A stretch of 64,000 bases of DNA from an uncultured Acidobacteriota bacterium (GTDB lineage: Bacteria > Acidobacteriota > Vicinamibacteria > Vicinamibacterales > 2-12-FULL-66-21), in the NCBI GenBank assembly GCA_963836665.1, contig CAWIKL010000004.1, positions 392 through 64,391 of the forward strand, given 5' to 3'. The position numbers and the translations under genes were made by a program. The stretch's first letter is position 1. Every line of letters starts with the position of its first letter. Shown piece by piece: positions 44,811-55,835 of this stretch. Under the pieces are notes generated by a model that saw only the letters and a list, made by a program, of their open reading frames with translations, had not been told where the DNA came from and made no database searches.

Positions 44811-45851
44811 TTACGGGTTGTCGAAAACGCGGTTGATCGTGCGCGACAGGCTCTCGACGACGTTGATCGCGCGAGAGTAGCGCATGCGGGTCAGGCCGAT
44901 GACGCCAACGGCGCCGCGCCGCCGGCCATCGGTATACGTGGAGGTCACCATGCTGAAGTTCTGCAATTCCGGATCCTGATGTTCCGAGCCGATGATCACC
45001 GTCAGGCCACTGCCGTCCATGCACGCGTCGATGAGATGGACCAGCCGCGACTTCTCTTCGATCATTTGCACCAGCGACCGCAGCGTCGCCAGCGTCGTCT
45101 CGGGATCGCCGCCGGTCGCGAGATCGAACAGCAGCGCCGTGCCCTGCACGTAAATCGATGGGGTGCGCTGCATCCCCTCGAACGTCCGGCTGGCCAGGCG
45201 TAAAGCGCGCGCCTTCAGCTGGTCGTAGAGATGGCGATCTTCGTTCAGCCGATCGACGATCGCCTGCCGGATTTCGCTGAGCGAATGCCCCTTGAATTCA
45301 CTGTTGAGGAAGTTCGCCGCCTGCTGCAGCTCGACGCTTGAGTAGGACTCCTGCGGATCGACCACCTTGTGCGAGATGTGGCCGCCATTCGAGATCAGGA
45401 TGACCAGCACCTTGCCGCCGTCGAGGACGACGAAGTCGAGGTGCTCGAAGGTCGCTTCGGTTGCCGGCACCATCGCGAACGCGACCTGATGCGAGGCGCG
45501 CGAGATTTCCTGGGACGCGTGCGAGAGGACGTCCTCGATCGTGCCGGCGCGGCGGAGCCGCTCCTCGACGTCGGGGGCGTGGCGCGACTTGCGCCGTTCC
45601 GAGAGCAGCTGATCCACGTAGGCCCGGTAGCCGAGATCGGTGGGAACGCGCCCGGCTGACGTATGCGGCTGACGTACGAAGCCCAGTTCCTCCAGCCGCG
45701 CCATGACGTTTCTGAGAGTCGCCGAAGACACACCAAAGCCACGGCTCGCCAACCACAGCGAGGAAATCGGCTCGCCGTGCTCGATGTAGGCCTGCACGAG
45801 AGTGGCGAGAATCCGCCTATCTCGTTCGGGAAGCTCAGGATGACGGCTCAT
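44811..45851 (-). CDS. hrcA: heat-inducible transcription repressor HrcA
   Basis: 346 aa: LPERDRRILATLVQAYIEHGEPISSLWLA..SATLRNVMARLEELGF.. Confidence 0.93.
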   Translation of the reverse strand: MSRHPELPERDRRILATLVQAYIEHGEPISSLWLASRGFGVSSATLRNVMARLEELGFVRQPHTSAGRVPTDLGYRAYVDQLLSERRKSRHAPDVEERLRRAGTIEDVLSHASQEISRASHQVAFAMVPATEATFEHLDFVVLDGGKVLVILISNGGHISHKVVDPQESYSSVELQQAANFLNSEFKGHSLSEIRQAIVDRLNEDRHLYDQLKARALRLASRTFEGMQRTPSIYVQGTALLFDLATGGDPETTLATLRSLVQMIEEKSRLVHLIDACMDGSGLTVIIGSEHQDPELQNFSMVTSTYTDGRRRGAVGVIGLTRMRYSRAINVVESLSRTINRVFDNP

Positions 45852-45857
45852 ACCAAA

Positions 45858-45884
45858 TTAGCAGTCGGAGAATACGATTGCTAA
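45858..45884. promoter_or_regulatory. CIRCE operator (HrcA binding site)
   Basis: TTAGCAGTC-ggagaatac-GATTGCTAA against the consensus TTAGCACTC-N9-GAGTGCTAA. It lies 7 nt upstream of the hrcA ATG. Confidence 0.8.
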
Positions 45885-45885
45885 A

Positions 45886-47172
45886 TTATACGCCAGCCCG
45901 GGCGGCGAGCATAGCGGCGGCGGCGCGCGCCTCCTCCGTAATCGCCGTAACCTCTTCATTTACAAGGGCAAAGTCGTTGACCAGGATTTCGCCGTCCACC
46001 ATCGTCAGCCGGACGTCCGTGCCGCGTGCGGCATAGACGAGCGTCGACCAGGGATCCGGGTCCGGGGCGAGATGGGCGCGGTCCCGCTCGATAAGGATGA
46101 GATCCGCCCGCTTGCCTGGCTCGACGGAGCCGATCTCATCGGCGAGCCCGAGTGCCCGGGCGCCCTCCCGCGTCGCCATCCAGAGGGCATCGCGGGCGGT
46201 CAGCGCGCCGGGGTGGCGGCGCACCGCCTGGATCGTCGCCGCCAGCCGCATCTCCTCGAACATGTCGAGCCGGTTGTTGCAGGCGGCGCCGTCGGCGCCG
46301 AGTGACACGGAAACGCCGCGCGCGCGCATCTCCGTCACGGGCGCCAGCCCCGACCCGAGCTTCAGGTTCGAGCTGGGGCAGTGCATCACCTTGACGTCGC
46401 GCTCGGCGAGCAGCGCCTGTTCGCGCTCGCTGACCCACACACAGTGCGCAGTGCAGAGATGCGGCGTCGCCAGTCCCGTGTCGGCGAGGTATTCGAGGTT
46501 GCTCATGCCACCCGACAACCGCCGGACGAGGTCGATCTCGTCACGGTTCTCTGAGGCGTGCGTGTGCACGATCACGCCATCGCGCGATGACAGGTCGGCG
46601 ACCGCTTCGAGCAGCTCGCGCGAGCAGGAGACGGCGAATCGCGGCGCGAACGCGGCGCGCAGCCGCCCGTTGCCGCGGCCGTCCCAGCGCTGGCGCAGTG
46701 CGAGGCTCTCGTCGATCGATGCCTGCGTCTGCTCCTGCAGCCGTGCAGGAACCTGCTGGTCGGAGTCCATCATGCACTTGCCGACGACAGCGCGCAGACC
46801 GATCTGGTCGAGCGCCTCGAAGACGACGTCCGTATCGTGCACGGTCTCCATGGTCAACGCCGACGTCGTGCCGCCCAGGAGCAGCTCCGCCGCGGCGAGT
46901 CGGGTCGAGGCGCGCAGCGTCTGCGGCGTGTGCGCCGCTTCCATTGGCCAGACGCGGCGGCGCAGCCACTCGAGGAGTGGCATGTCGTCGGCGTAGCCGC
47001 GGAAGAGGGTCTGGCAGAGGTGGACGTGCGTCTGGATGAAGCCGGGTAGCAAATACGCGCCGCGCGCGTCGATGACGCGATCGTGGACCGTGTCCGGCTC
47101 CGCGCCGACGCTGACGATCAGCCCATCGTGCACGGACACCGCGCCCTCGAAGATGTCGAGGGCATCGTTCAT
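45886..47172 (-). CDS. amidohydrolase-superfamily deaminase (MtaD/guanine deaminase-like); N-terminus probably longer
   Basis: It has PGFIQTHVHLCQ and ..VHTHASEN.. metal-binding motifs. The in-frame upstream sequence (47173-47226) reads ..TVIRNATIVT, the family-typical N-terminus, but contains no start codon. A GTG at 47230 is out of frame. Confidence 0.8.
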   Translation of the reverse strand: MNDALDIFEGAVSVHDGLIVSVGAEPDTVHDRVIDARGAYLLPGFIQTHVHLCQTLFRGYADDMPLLEWLRRRVWPMEAAHTPQTLRASTRLAAAELLLGGTTSALTMETVHDTDVVFEALDQIGLRAVVGKCMMDSDQQVPARLQEQTQASIDESLALRQRWDGRGNGRLRAAFAPRFAVSCSRELLEAVADLSSRDGVIVHTHASENRDEIDLVRRLSGGMSNLEYLADTGLATPHLCTAHCVWVSEREQALLAERDVKVMHCPSSNLKLGSGLAPVTEMRARGVSVSLGADGAACNNRLDMFEEMRLAATIQAVRRHPGALTARDALWMATREGARALGLADEIGSVEPGKRADLILIERDRAHLAPDPDPWSTLVYAARGTDVRLTMVDGEILVNDFALVNEEVTAITEEARAAAAMLAARAGV

Positions 47173-47238
47173 CGTGACGATAGTGGCGTTGCGGATAACG
47201 GTCGAAGGACGCGAGGGAATCGAAGATCACGAAGGAGC

Positions 47239-48099
47239 TTACAGCCCCTTCGCCTCCTGCTCCTTCGTATCCTTTGCCGTCCTGCGCGGCTTGCGGCGCG
47301 ACGACATCGCCACAGGCGTCACATCGCGGCCGTGGCGGATGGCGATCAGCTCGGCGAGGATGCTGACCGCGATTTCGGCGGGGGTAATGGCGCCGATGTT
47401 CAGCCCGATCGGGGCGTGCACGCGGTCGAGGCACTCGGCCGGCATCCCCTCGGCATCGAGCGCGTCGAAGATGCGTGTCACCTTGGCGCGGCTGCCGATG
47501 AGACCCAGGTAACGCAGATCGCGCGCCGCCAGCGCGCGGACGGCCTCGAAATCGTGCGTGTGCCCGCGCGTCACGACGACGACGTAGGCCGACGGCGGGA
47601 CCTCGGCGCCGTGCAGCCAGCGGCCGATGTCGTCGACGACGATCGAGTCGGCAGCGGGGAAGCGCTCGCGGTTGGCGAACTTCTCGCGGTCGTCGACGAC
47701 GTGGATGCGGAAGCCGGCGTCGGCGGCGAAGCGGGCGAGGTGCCAGCCGACGTGACCGGCGCCGATAACGTAGAGCGGCGGTGCCGGCGCGATCGGATCG
47801 ATGTAGACGTCCATCTGCCCGCCGCAGATGAGACCCGACTCCTCGACGAAGTCGTCGTTGAGGTCGAAGGTGACCAGCTGCGGCGTGCCGCTGGCGATAG
47901 CAGCGCGCGCCTTGCCGATGGCTTCGTTCTCGTAGCAACCGCCGCCGATCGTGCCGACGGTGCGGCCGTCGGCGAACACCAGCATCTTCGCGCCGGTGCG
48001 CTGCGGCGTCGAGCCGTTCGAGCGGACGATCGTCACCAGCGCGGCTGGTTCGCCGCGCTCGAGCGCCGCTGCCGCGGCCGGAAGGACGTCTTCGTTCAT
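47239..48099 (-). CDS. XdhC/CoxI-family maturation factor
   Basis: 286 aa: ALVTIVRSNGSTPQRTGAKMLV..GTIGGGCYE..YVIGAGHVG.. Confidence 0.85.
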   Translation of the reverse strand: MNEDVLPAAAAALERGEPAALVTIVRSNGSTPQRTGAKMLVFADGRTVGTIGGGCYENEAIGKARAAIASGTPQLVTFDLNDDFVEESGLICGGQMDVYIDPIAPAPPLYVIGAGHVGWHLARFAADAGFRIHVVDDREKFANRERFPAADSIVVDDIGRWLHGAEVPPSAYVVVVTRGHTHDFEAVRALAARDLRYLGLIGSRAKVTRIFDALDAEGMPAECLDRVHAPIGLNIGAITPAEIAVSILAELIAIRHGRDVTPVAMSSRRKPRRTAKDTKEQEAKGL

Positions 48100-48129
48100 C
48101 GGCCTGAGGTGTTCATAGGCCTGGGGCGT

Positions 48130-49204
48130 TCAGATCAGGACCTCGATCTTGCCCTTCTTCTTCAGTCCGTCGATGAAGGCGTCCATGTGCTGCTGCTTTT
48201 TCTCGCCTTCGATCATCTGCTTCAGCTTGGAGATGTTGTCGGGAGAGAGTTGCTCGTAGGGTGTGATGCCGGCCGCTTTGTGGTCGATCAGCTTGATGAC
48301 GTGGTAGCCGAACTGCGACGTCACCACCCCGCTGATCTCGCCGGGCTTGAGCGCGAAGGCGGCGTCGCTGAACGCCGGCACCATCTGACCGCGCGGGAAG
48401 TAACCCAGGTCGCCGCCCTGCGCGGCGCTGCCGTCCTGCGAGTATTCCTGCGCGAGCTTGGCGAAGTCCTCGCCAGCCTTCGCCTTTTTCAGCACCAAGT
48501 CGATTGTCGCCTTGGCCTTCGCTCTCGTCGCGGCGTCCGCCTTCTCGTCGACACGGATCAGGATATGGCTGGCCCGGACGCTCTCCGGCTGGTTGAACTT
48601 GGCGGAGTTCTTGGCGTAGTAGGCCTTCGCGTCGGCGTCGCTCGGGCCCGAGATGGTGCCGACTTCCGCGTCGACGAGCTTGCTGACGACGAGGTCAGCA
48701 CGCGCCTGCTTGCGCAGCTCGTCCGGCGTCATCCCGCGCGCCTTGAGCGCCTTTTCGTAGGCGTCCTGCGTCTGAAACCGATCGCGGACTTCTTTCACCT
48801 TGGCGTCGACTTCGCTGTCCTCGACCTTGAGGCCGCGCGAGTTGCTTTCCTGCGTGAGCAGCTTGTAGACGATCAGCTGATCGAGCCCGTTGCGCAGGAT
48901 CTCGTCGCGGCGATCGGGCGGAATCTGCTGTCCGGCCTGCATCTCCATGCCCTTGATCATCTGGTCGAAGTCTTCTTTTTTGATGTCCTCGCCGTTGACG
49001 TGGGCCACCACGGGCGGCAGGGTCGCCGGAACTGGCTTGGGCGGGACGGGCGCCGGCGGCGCTGCCGGCGGCGTGCCGCTGCCCTGGCCGTTGACGGCGG
49101 GCGGCGTCGCAGCGGTCGCGGCTGGCCTGGGCCGCGGGAGACTTCTTACAGGCGCTCACTGAAAGCAGGGCGACGACGGCACACGAGACGAACTTGGATC
49201 TCAC
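48130..49204 (-). CDS. parvulin-type peptidyl-prolyl isomerase lipoprotein (SurA/PrsA-like; frame break at ~49122-49138)
   Basis: The lipoprotein signal [23 protein letters not shown] is in the frame of ORF 48695..49204. The body, [55 protein letters not shown], is in ORF 48130..49011. Confidence 0.85.
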
Positions 49205-49246
49205 TTACACCTCAACAAGTTGGAGACGAGAACGATCGATTCTAAA

Positions 49247-51596
49247 TCAGAAGTAGTGAATCGGGCAGGGCTCGGTCGGTTCGGTGCCGGGGAGGAAGGC
49301 TTCGCGAAAGACCTTCGGGCAGGCAGGGGTGGCGAGCTTGCCCGTGTCCTTGTCGATGTCGACGAAGACGACGCCGTCAGGCACGTCGAACGGTTCGCTC
49401 GCATGCCCGGCCAGCGCGCGGATCATGAATGCCGTCCAGATGGGGAGGGCCGCCTGCGCGCCGCTCAACCCGATCGGCTGGTTGTCGTCGAGGCCGACCC
49501 AGACCACCGTCAGCAGCTCGGGCGTGAAGCCGATGAACCAGGCGTCGCGCAGGTCGTTGGTCGTGCCGGTCTTGCCGGCCGCGTCGAGCGTGAAGCCGGC
49601 GCCGCGCACGGCGGCCGCCGTCCCTTCGTTGATGACGCTGCGCATCATGTTGGTGACCAGATACGTCGTGTCCTTACGGGCGACGGTCTTCTCCGCCGGC
49701 ACCGCGATCGGCAGGTCCTTGCCGTCAGCGACGATGCGCGAGAGCGCGCGCAGCGGACGCATCGTGCCGCCGTTGGGGAAGATGGTGTAGGCGGTCGCCA
49801 TTTCGAGCGGCGTCGCTTCGAACACGCCGAGCGCGATCGAGGGATAACCATGTGGCGGCGTGCCGATGCCGAACTTCTTCCACAGGTTGGCGACGTTGTC
49901 GAAGCCGATCGATTCGGCGACCTTGATCGTCGCGATGTTCCGCGAGTGGGCGAGCGCGCGCCGCAACGTGATCGGCCCGTCGTACTCGTTCTGATAGTTC
50001 CCCGGCGCCCATACCTGGTTGTTGAAACTGAACTCGGTTGGCTCGTCGACGACCACGGTGGCCGGGGTGATGTCGGTGCGCTCTTCGGCCAGCGCGCGTT
50101 CGAACGCGGCCAGATAGACGAACGGCTTGAAGGTCGAGCCGGGCTGCCGCTTGGCGGTGGTCGCGCGGTTGTACTGCGATTGGTTGTAGGAGCGGCCGCC
50201 GACCATGGCGAGAATCTCGCCGGTGCGCGGGTCGACGGCGATCAGCGCCGCCTGCGGCACGCGCGGCTTGCGCTTCGCCAGCAGCTTCTCGACGTTGGCG
50301 ATGCCGTCGCGGACCGCGTCCTGCGCGATGCGCTGCAGGTGCAGGTCGAGCGTCGAGTAGACGTCCACCGGGCCGGACGCCTTCGTCCGCTCCTGCATCT
50401 CCTGCGTCAGGTAGTCGACGAAGTACGGGGCCTCGGATTCGATCGCGGCGCGCGACGATCTGCACCGGCTCCTTCGCCGCGCGATCCGCCGCGTCGGCGC
50501 TGATGATGCCGGTGTCGGCCATGACCCGCAGGACGGTGTTGCGTCGGTCCCTGGCGCGATCGGCGTGCTGGAACGGCGAATCGACCGCGGGCGAGTGGAT
50601 GACGCCGGCGATCGTCGCGGCCTCGACGAGCGACAGGTTGCTGACGTCCTTGCCGAAGATCAGCCGCGCCCCTTCGGGCACGCCGTGAATCGCGAACGAG
50701 CCCCGTTGCCCGAGGTAGACGTCGTTGAGGTAGAGCTCGAGGATCTTGTCCTTGGTCAGCCGGCGCTCGAGCGCGATCGACATGAACCACTCGGTGAACT
50801 TGCGTTTCACGCCAGCCAGCCCGCCGCGCTCGCGCGCCTTGTCCAGGCCCCACATCGAGCTGAGGAAGGTGTTGCGCACTAGCTGCTGCGTGATCGTGCT
50901 CCCGCCGCTCAGGTACTTCTTGCTCCCGAACATGTTGCTGGCCACCGCGCGCGTCGTGCCGATGAAATCGACGCCGGGGTGATCGTAGAAGCGGCGATCC
51001 TCGATCGCGATCACCGCCTGGACCATGCGCGGCGAAATCGCGCTCAGCGGTACGTCGCGCCGTTTCTCGCGCCCTTCGACCAGCGCCGTGAGCAGCGGCG
51101 CATCCATCGCCACTTCCTCGACCGGCTGGCGCTTCGACACCGACTCGATGCCGGTGAGAGGCCCGGCGATCCCCTTCTTGTCGGGCGCGAAGGTGAAGCG
51201 CAGCGTCTGGCCGGCGCGATCGCCGCTGCGCGGAATCACCGCGAGCGCGTCACGCCCGATGGCGAATTCCCCGGGCTGCTCGACGCGCGGCTTCTCCGCA
51301 TAGCCGAGATCGTTGAGCCGATCGATCATCTCGCGCAGCGTGACGCGCTGCCCCTTGCGCACCGTCAGCGGCCGCGCGAAGATGCGCGGATCGGTGCGCG
51401 CGAACTCGCCGTGCATGCGCGCGTCGAGCAGCCGCGAGAAGGTGATGTAGTAGTAAGTGATGGCGCCGGCGGTGACCAGTGCCGGCAGGAGAATGGCCAG
51501 CGCGGCGTAGAACTTCCAGCCGCGCCGCCGCAGGAATCCCAGGCGCCGTGAGGTTGGCTTTTTCGCCGCGGGCTTCGTCGGGCGGACCGTGGGCAC
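49247..51596 (-). CDS. mrcA: penicillin-binding protein 1A (bifunctional; frame break at ~50441-50452)
   Basis: The GT51 domain has EDRRFYDHPGVD and GGSTITQQLVRN. After ..AAKEPVQIVARR the sense moves to ..IESEAPYFVDYLTQEMQERT.., continuing with the transpeptidase motifs STFKP, SRN and KTGTT in ORF 49247..50398. The likely start is GTG 51596 (VPTVRPTKPAAKKP.. followed by a TM segment). Confidence 0.9.
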
Positions 51597-51651
51597 CGGG
51601 TGACTTCGCCGCTGATTGTATACTGACCCCCTGCCCGCCTTCGCCGATTCG

Positions 51652-54317
51652 ATGAGTAGACGCCCTCTGGGTCGTGTCACCGTTGCCGCTGCAGTCATGG
51701 CGTTTGTCGTCGCGCTGGGAAGCCGCGTCCCCGCGCAGCTACGCGTCGCCCCTGTCGGAGAGCATCCCGACGCGCAGGCCCTGGAGCTGCTGCTGCGAAA
51801 GCTCGCCAGCACCGGCACCTTCATGCAGACCGATGCGCATCCCGACGACGAAGACAACGGCCTGCTGGCGATGCTCGGCGAGGGACTGGGCATGCGCGCG
51901 ACGCTCGTCACGGCGACGCGCGGCGACGGCGGCCAGAACGAGATCGGCCCGGAACTCGGCCAGGCGCTCGGCGTCTTGCGCACGGAAGAGCTGCTCGCCG
52001 TCCATCGCTTCGACGGCGCCGAGCAGTACTTCACACGGGCGGTCGACTTCGGCTACTCCTTCAGCGTCGACGAGTCGGTGCAGAAGTGGGGCGAGGACGA
52101 GATCGTCGGCGATTACGTCCGCCAGATCCGCGCGATCCGTCCCGATGTCATCGTCGGCTTCCTCTGTGGCGGCACGTCGGGCGGCCTGCACCACCAGGCC
52201 TCGGCAAAGCTGACCCTCGAGGCGTTTCGCGCGGCGGGCGACGCGGCGAAATACCCGGAACAGTTGCGCGATGGCCTCAAGCCGTGGCAGCCGGTGCGGA
52301 TCTTCTGCACCGACGAGACCTCGTTCGGCCCTCCGCAGCCGTTGACGCCCGACCGGGTGCGGCTCGATCTGTCCGCGTTCGACAGCCTGCTCGGCCGCAC
52401 CTACGCGGAACTCGGCCTCGAGGCGCGCTCGATGCACAAGTGCCAGGGCACCTCGCAGTTGCTCCTGCTGCCGGGTGTCCCGCAGAGCCGGACCTACCGG
52501 TTCCAGGACGGCCGGCCGGCCAACGGCTCGCTGTTCGACGGCATCGACACGTCAATCGTCGGGCTGCTGCGCTTCGCCGGCGAGCGCCCCGAGCCGTCAC
52601 TCCGCACGGCGCTCGTCGCGCTGCAACAACAAGTCATCGACGCTCGCGCCGCCTTGGCCGCGCGTGGCTCCGCCGCAACCGTCACGCCGCTCGCCGCCGG
52701 GCTGCGCGCGGTCCGCGCCCTGCGCACTGACCTGGCGCGCCTGCTTGGCGGCGGCGCCGCGGCCACCGCGCCGGCGGAGATCGATTTCCGCCTGGCGCAA
52801 AAGGAGCGGCAGTTCCAGGACGCGCTGATCGTGGCGACCGGCACGCGTCTCGACGCGCTCGCCGACGACGGCGTCGTCACGCCGGGGCAAACGGTGAATC
52901 TGACGCTCGCCGCCGCGGCCGCCACAGAGGGTGTCGAGCTCGCCGGCACCAGCCTCGCCGGCTTCGACGGCACGCCGCAGGCGGTCTGCACCGGCACGCT
53001 CGCGCGCGGCGCGGCGGTGAACTGCAAAGCGGCGGCGACGGTCCCGGCATCGGCGCACCTGTCGACGCCGGTACTGGACGCCGCGCGCCGACGCCTCCCG
53101 TTACGACTTCGAGCCCGACGTGCCCTTCGGCGTTCCGTTCCGGCCGTCGCCGTTCCGCGCCTCGTTCGCGCTGCGCATCGGCGGCGCCGATGTCCGCGTC
53201 GACCGCGTCGTGCAGTACCGCTACTCGAACCTCGTCGCCGGCGAAAAGCGCGCCGAGCTGAATGTCTCGCCGGCGTTCAACGTCAGGGTCGATCCGGGTA
53301 TCGCGATTTTCCCGGTTGCCGGCGGCGACGCACCCGTCGCCCCCGCCGTCAGGCAGAAAACCCTCAACGTCACCGTCGCTAACAACCAGAAGGGCCCGAC
53401 CGCGGCGACGGTCGCGCTGATGGCGCCGTCGGGCTGGACCGTGACGCCGGCGTCGGCGCCGGTGAACTTCCTGCGCGAAGACGAGGAAGCCACCGTGAAG
53501 TTCACCGTCGAGGCGCCGGCATCGCTCGCCGCGGGGGAGTGGCCGATCACGGCAACGGTGACCGCCGCCTCCGGCGGCAGCTCGAGTCTTGGCTACCAGG
53601 TCGTCGAGTACCCGCACATCCATCGCCGGCACGTCGTCGTGCCCGCGGTGGTCCGGATGAAGGCCATCGACGTGACGATCGCGCCGGGGCTGCAGGTCGG
53701 TTACATCATGGGCAGCGGCGATCGCGTGCCCGACGCCGTCGCCCAGCTTGGCGCCACCGTCGATCGGCTCGACGCCGGCGATCTCGCGTCAGGCAACCTC
53801 TCGCAGTACAACGTGATCATGGTTGGCGTGCGTGCCTACGAGAGCCGGCTCGACCTGCGCGCGAACAACCAGCGGATCCTCGACTACGTCAATGACGGCG
53901 GCACCCTGATCGTGCAATACCAGCGCGGCGGCTTCAACGACGCGCAGTACGGCCCGTTCCCGGCCAAGACCAGCGATGCGCGCGTCACCGACGAGAACGC
54001 GTTGATGGAGATCCTGGTGCCGGATCATCCCGTGTTCACGACGCCGAACCGGCTCGGCGCGGAGACCTGGGCCAACTGGGTGCAGGAACGCGGCACCTAC
54101 TTCATGGGGGAGCGCGATCCGCGCTACGTGGATCTGCTGCGTTCGTCCGACCCGTTCCCGTACAATGCGGGAGCGAAAACCGGGATGCTGGTCGAAGCAC
54201 GCCTCGGGCGCGGGCGCTGGATCTACACTGGGCTGGGCCTGTGGCGCCAGCTGCCGGCCGGTGTCGACGGCGCCTACCGCCTGCTGGCGAACCTGCTCAG
54301 CCTAGGGAAAATCGTAA
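51652..54317 (+). CDS. PIG-L/LmbE-family deacetylase fused to a large C-terminal region (frame break ~53069-53071; stop apparently lost)
   Basis: It starts MSRRPLGRVTVAAAVMAFVVALG.. and carries AHPDDEDNG..ATRGDGGQNE. After ..SAHLSTP, removing one G continues YWTPRADASRYDFEPDVPFGVPF.. in ORF 53120... The sensible sequence ends ..YRLLANLLSLGK. Deleting one A of the A4 run at 54308-54311 would give ..LGKS-TAA directly abutting the next ATG. Confidence 0.75.
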
Positions 54318-55769
54318 ATGTTCGCACCCGAGTACGTGCGTCTCGTTCTCAACGAAAACTTCGAGGACGCCAAGGCACAGTTCCTGTTGCCGCTGATGGC
54401 GATCAACTACGCCCATCTCGTCATGCTCGCCGAGTGCCACATCGTGTCGAGTGCGGACGCGCGCGCGATTGCGGCGGCGCTCGACGCCGTCTCGATCGAC
54501 GAGGTCAGGAGCGTCGTCTACGACGGGACCTACGAGGACCTGTTCTTCTACCTCGAGAACCGCATCGCCGCGCGCTGCGGCGCCGACGTCGCCGGCCGCC
54601 TACACACCGCCCGCTCGCGCAACGACATCGACATGACGATGTACCGCATGCAGCAGCGCGAACTGATCCTCGCCGTCGCCGAAGGGGCGCTGGCGCTGCG
54701 GCGGGCGCTGCTGCCGCTGGCCGAGCGCTATCGAGAGGCAGTGTTCGCGGCCCACACCCACACGCAGCCGGCGCAGCCCTCGACGATCGCCCATTACCTG
54801 CTCGCGGTCATCGAGCAGCTCGAGCGCGACGCCGTCCGCCTGAAGGCGGCCTTTGCGAGCACCAACCGTAATCCGCTCGGCGCCTGCGCCATTACCGGCA
54901 CCGGGTTCCCGATCGATCGCCAACGGACGGCCGCGCTGCTCGGGTTCGACGGCACGACCGGCAACACCTACGGCAGCATTGCGACCGTTGATTACCTGCT
55001 CGAGAGCGTCAGCGCGACGGCGGTGCTCCTCGCCGGCCTCGGCCGCGTCGTCCAGGACCTGCTGCTGTGGTGCACGGTGGAGTTTGGCTACCTGCGGCTG
55101 AGCGACGGCTTCGTGCAGGGCAGCAGCATCATGCCGCAGAAGCGCAATCCGGTCGCGCTCGAACACGCCCGCGCCATTGCCAGCAAGGCGCTCGGACAGG
55201 CGTCCGCCATCGTCCTCGCCGTTCACAACACGCCGTTTGGCGACATCGTCGACACCGAGGACGACCTGCAGCCGCTGGTGACGCAGATGTTCAGCGACGC
55301 CGCGCGCGCGGTGGCGCTGGTCGCGGCGGCGATGACCGGCGCGGCGTTCGATGTCGAGCGGCTTGGCGCCCGTGCCGGGCAGAACTGGATCACGATTACG
55401 GAGCTGGCCGACACGCTGGCGCGCGATCACGGGCTGCCGTTCCGCGCCGGCCACGAGATCGCGGCAAAGCTGGTGGCAGGTTCGCGGGCGCAACCGGCCG
55501 CGCCGATCGCGACGGTGTTGCGCGAGGTGTCGCTCGAGGTGACCGGGCGGGAGATCGTCTACAGCGACGCGCAGCTGACCGAGATCCTGAGCCCACGCCA
55601 TTTCGTCGAAGTACGCCGGACGCACGGCGGCCCTTCACCGTTGGAGACAGCCCGCGCGCTGGGGGTTGCCGAAGTGTGCCTGGCCGCCGACGAGACATGG
55701 CTCGACGACACGCGTACGCGCCTCGTCGCCGCGGACGCCATGCTCCGCACAGCCGCCAAGGCGCTGTAG
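54318..55769 (+). CDS. argininosuccinate-lyase/fumarase-superfamily lyase (ArgH paralog type)
   Basis: 483 aa. It has TARSRNDID, THTQPAQP and the signature GSSIMPQKRNP. It lacks the usual ArgH N-terminal W-G-G-R-F segment. Confidence 0.8.
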   Translation: MFAPEYVRLVLNENFEDAKAQFLLPLMAINYAHLVMLAECHIVSSADARAIAAALDAVSIDEVRSVVYDGTYEDLFFYLENRIAARCGADVAGRLHTARSRNDIDMTMYRMQQRELILAVAEGALALRRALLPLAERYREAVFAAHTHTQPAQPSTIAHYLLAVIEQLERDAVRLKAAFASTNRNPLGACAITGTGFPIDRQRTAALLGFDGTTGNTYGSIATVDYLLESVSATAVLLAGLGRVVQDLLLWCTVEFGYLRLSDGFVQGSSIMPQKRNPVALEHARAIASKALGQASAIVLAVHNTPFGDIVDTEDDLQPLVTQMFSDAARAVALVAAAMTGAAFDVERLGARAGQNWITITELADTLARDHGLPFRAGHEIAAKLVAGSRAQPAAPIATVLREVSLEVTGREIVYSDAQLTEILSPRHFVEVRRTHGGPSPLETARALGVAEVCLAADETWLDDTRTRLVAADAMLRTAAKAL

Positions 55770-55835
55770 TGCTGTCGCTGCGCCCGCTCGCGTCGTCTTA
55801 GGTGTGCCGTCAGCGCGGCGCGACGGTTCCCGGCG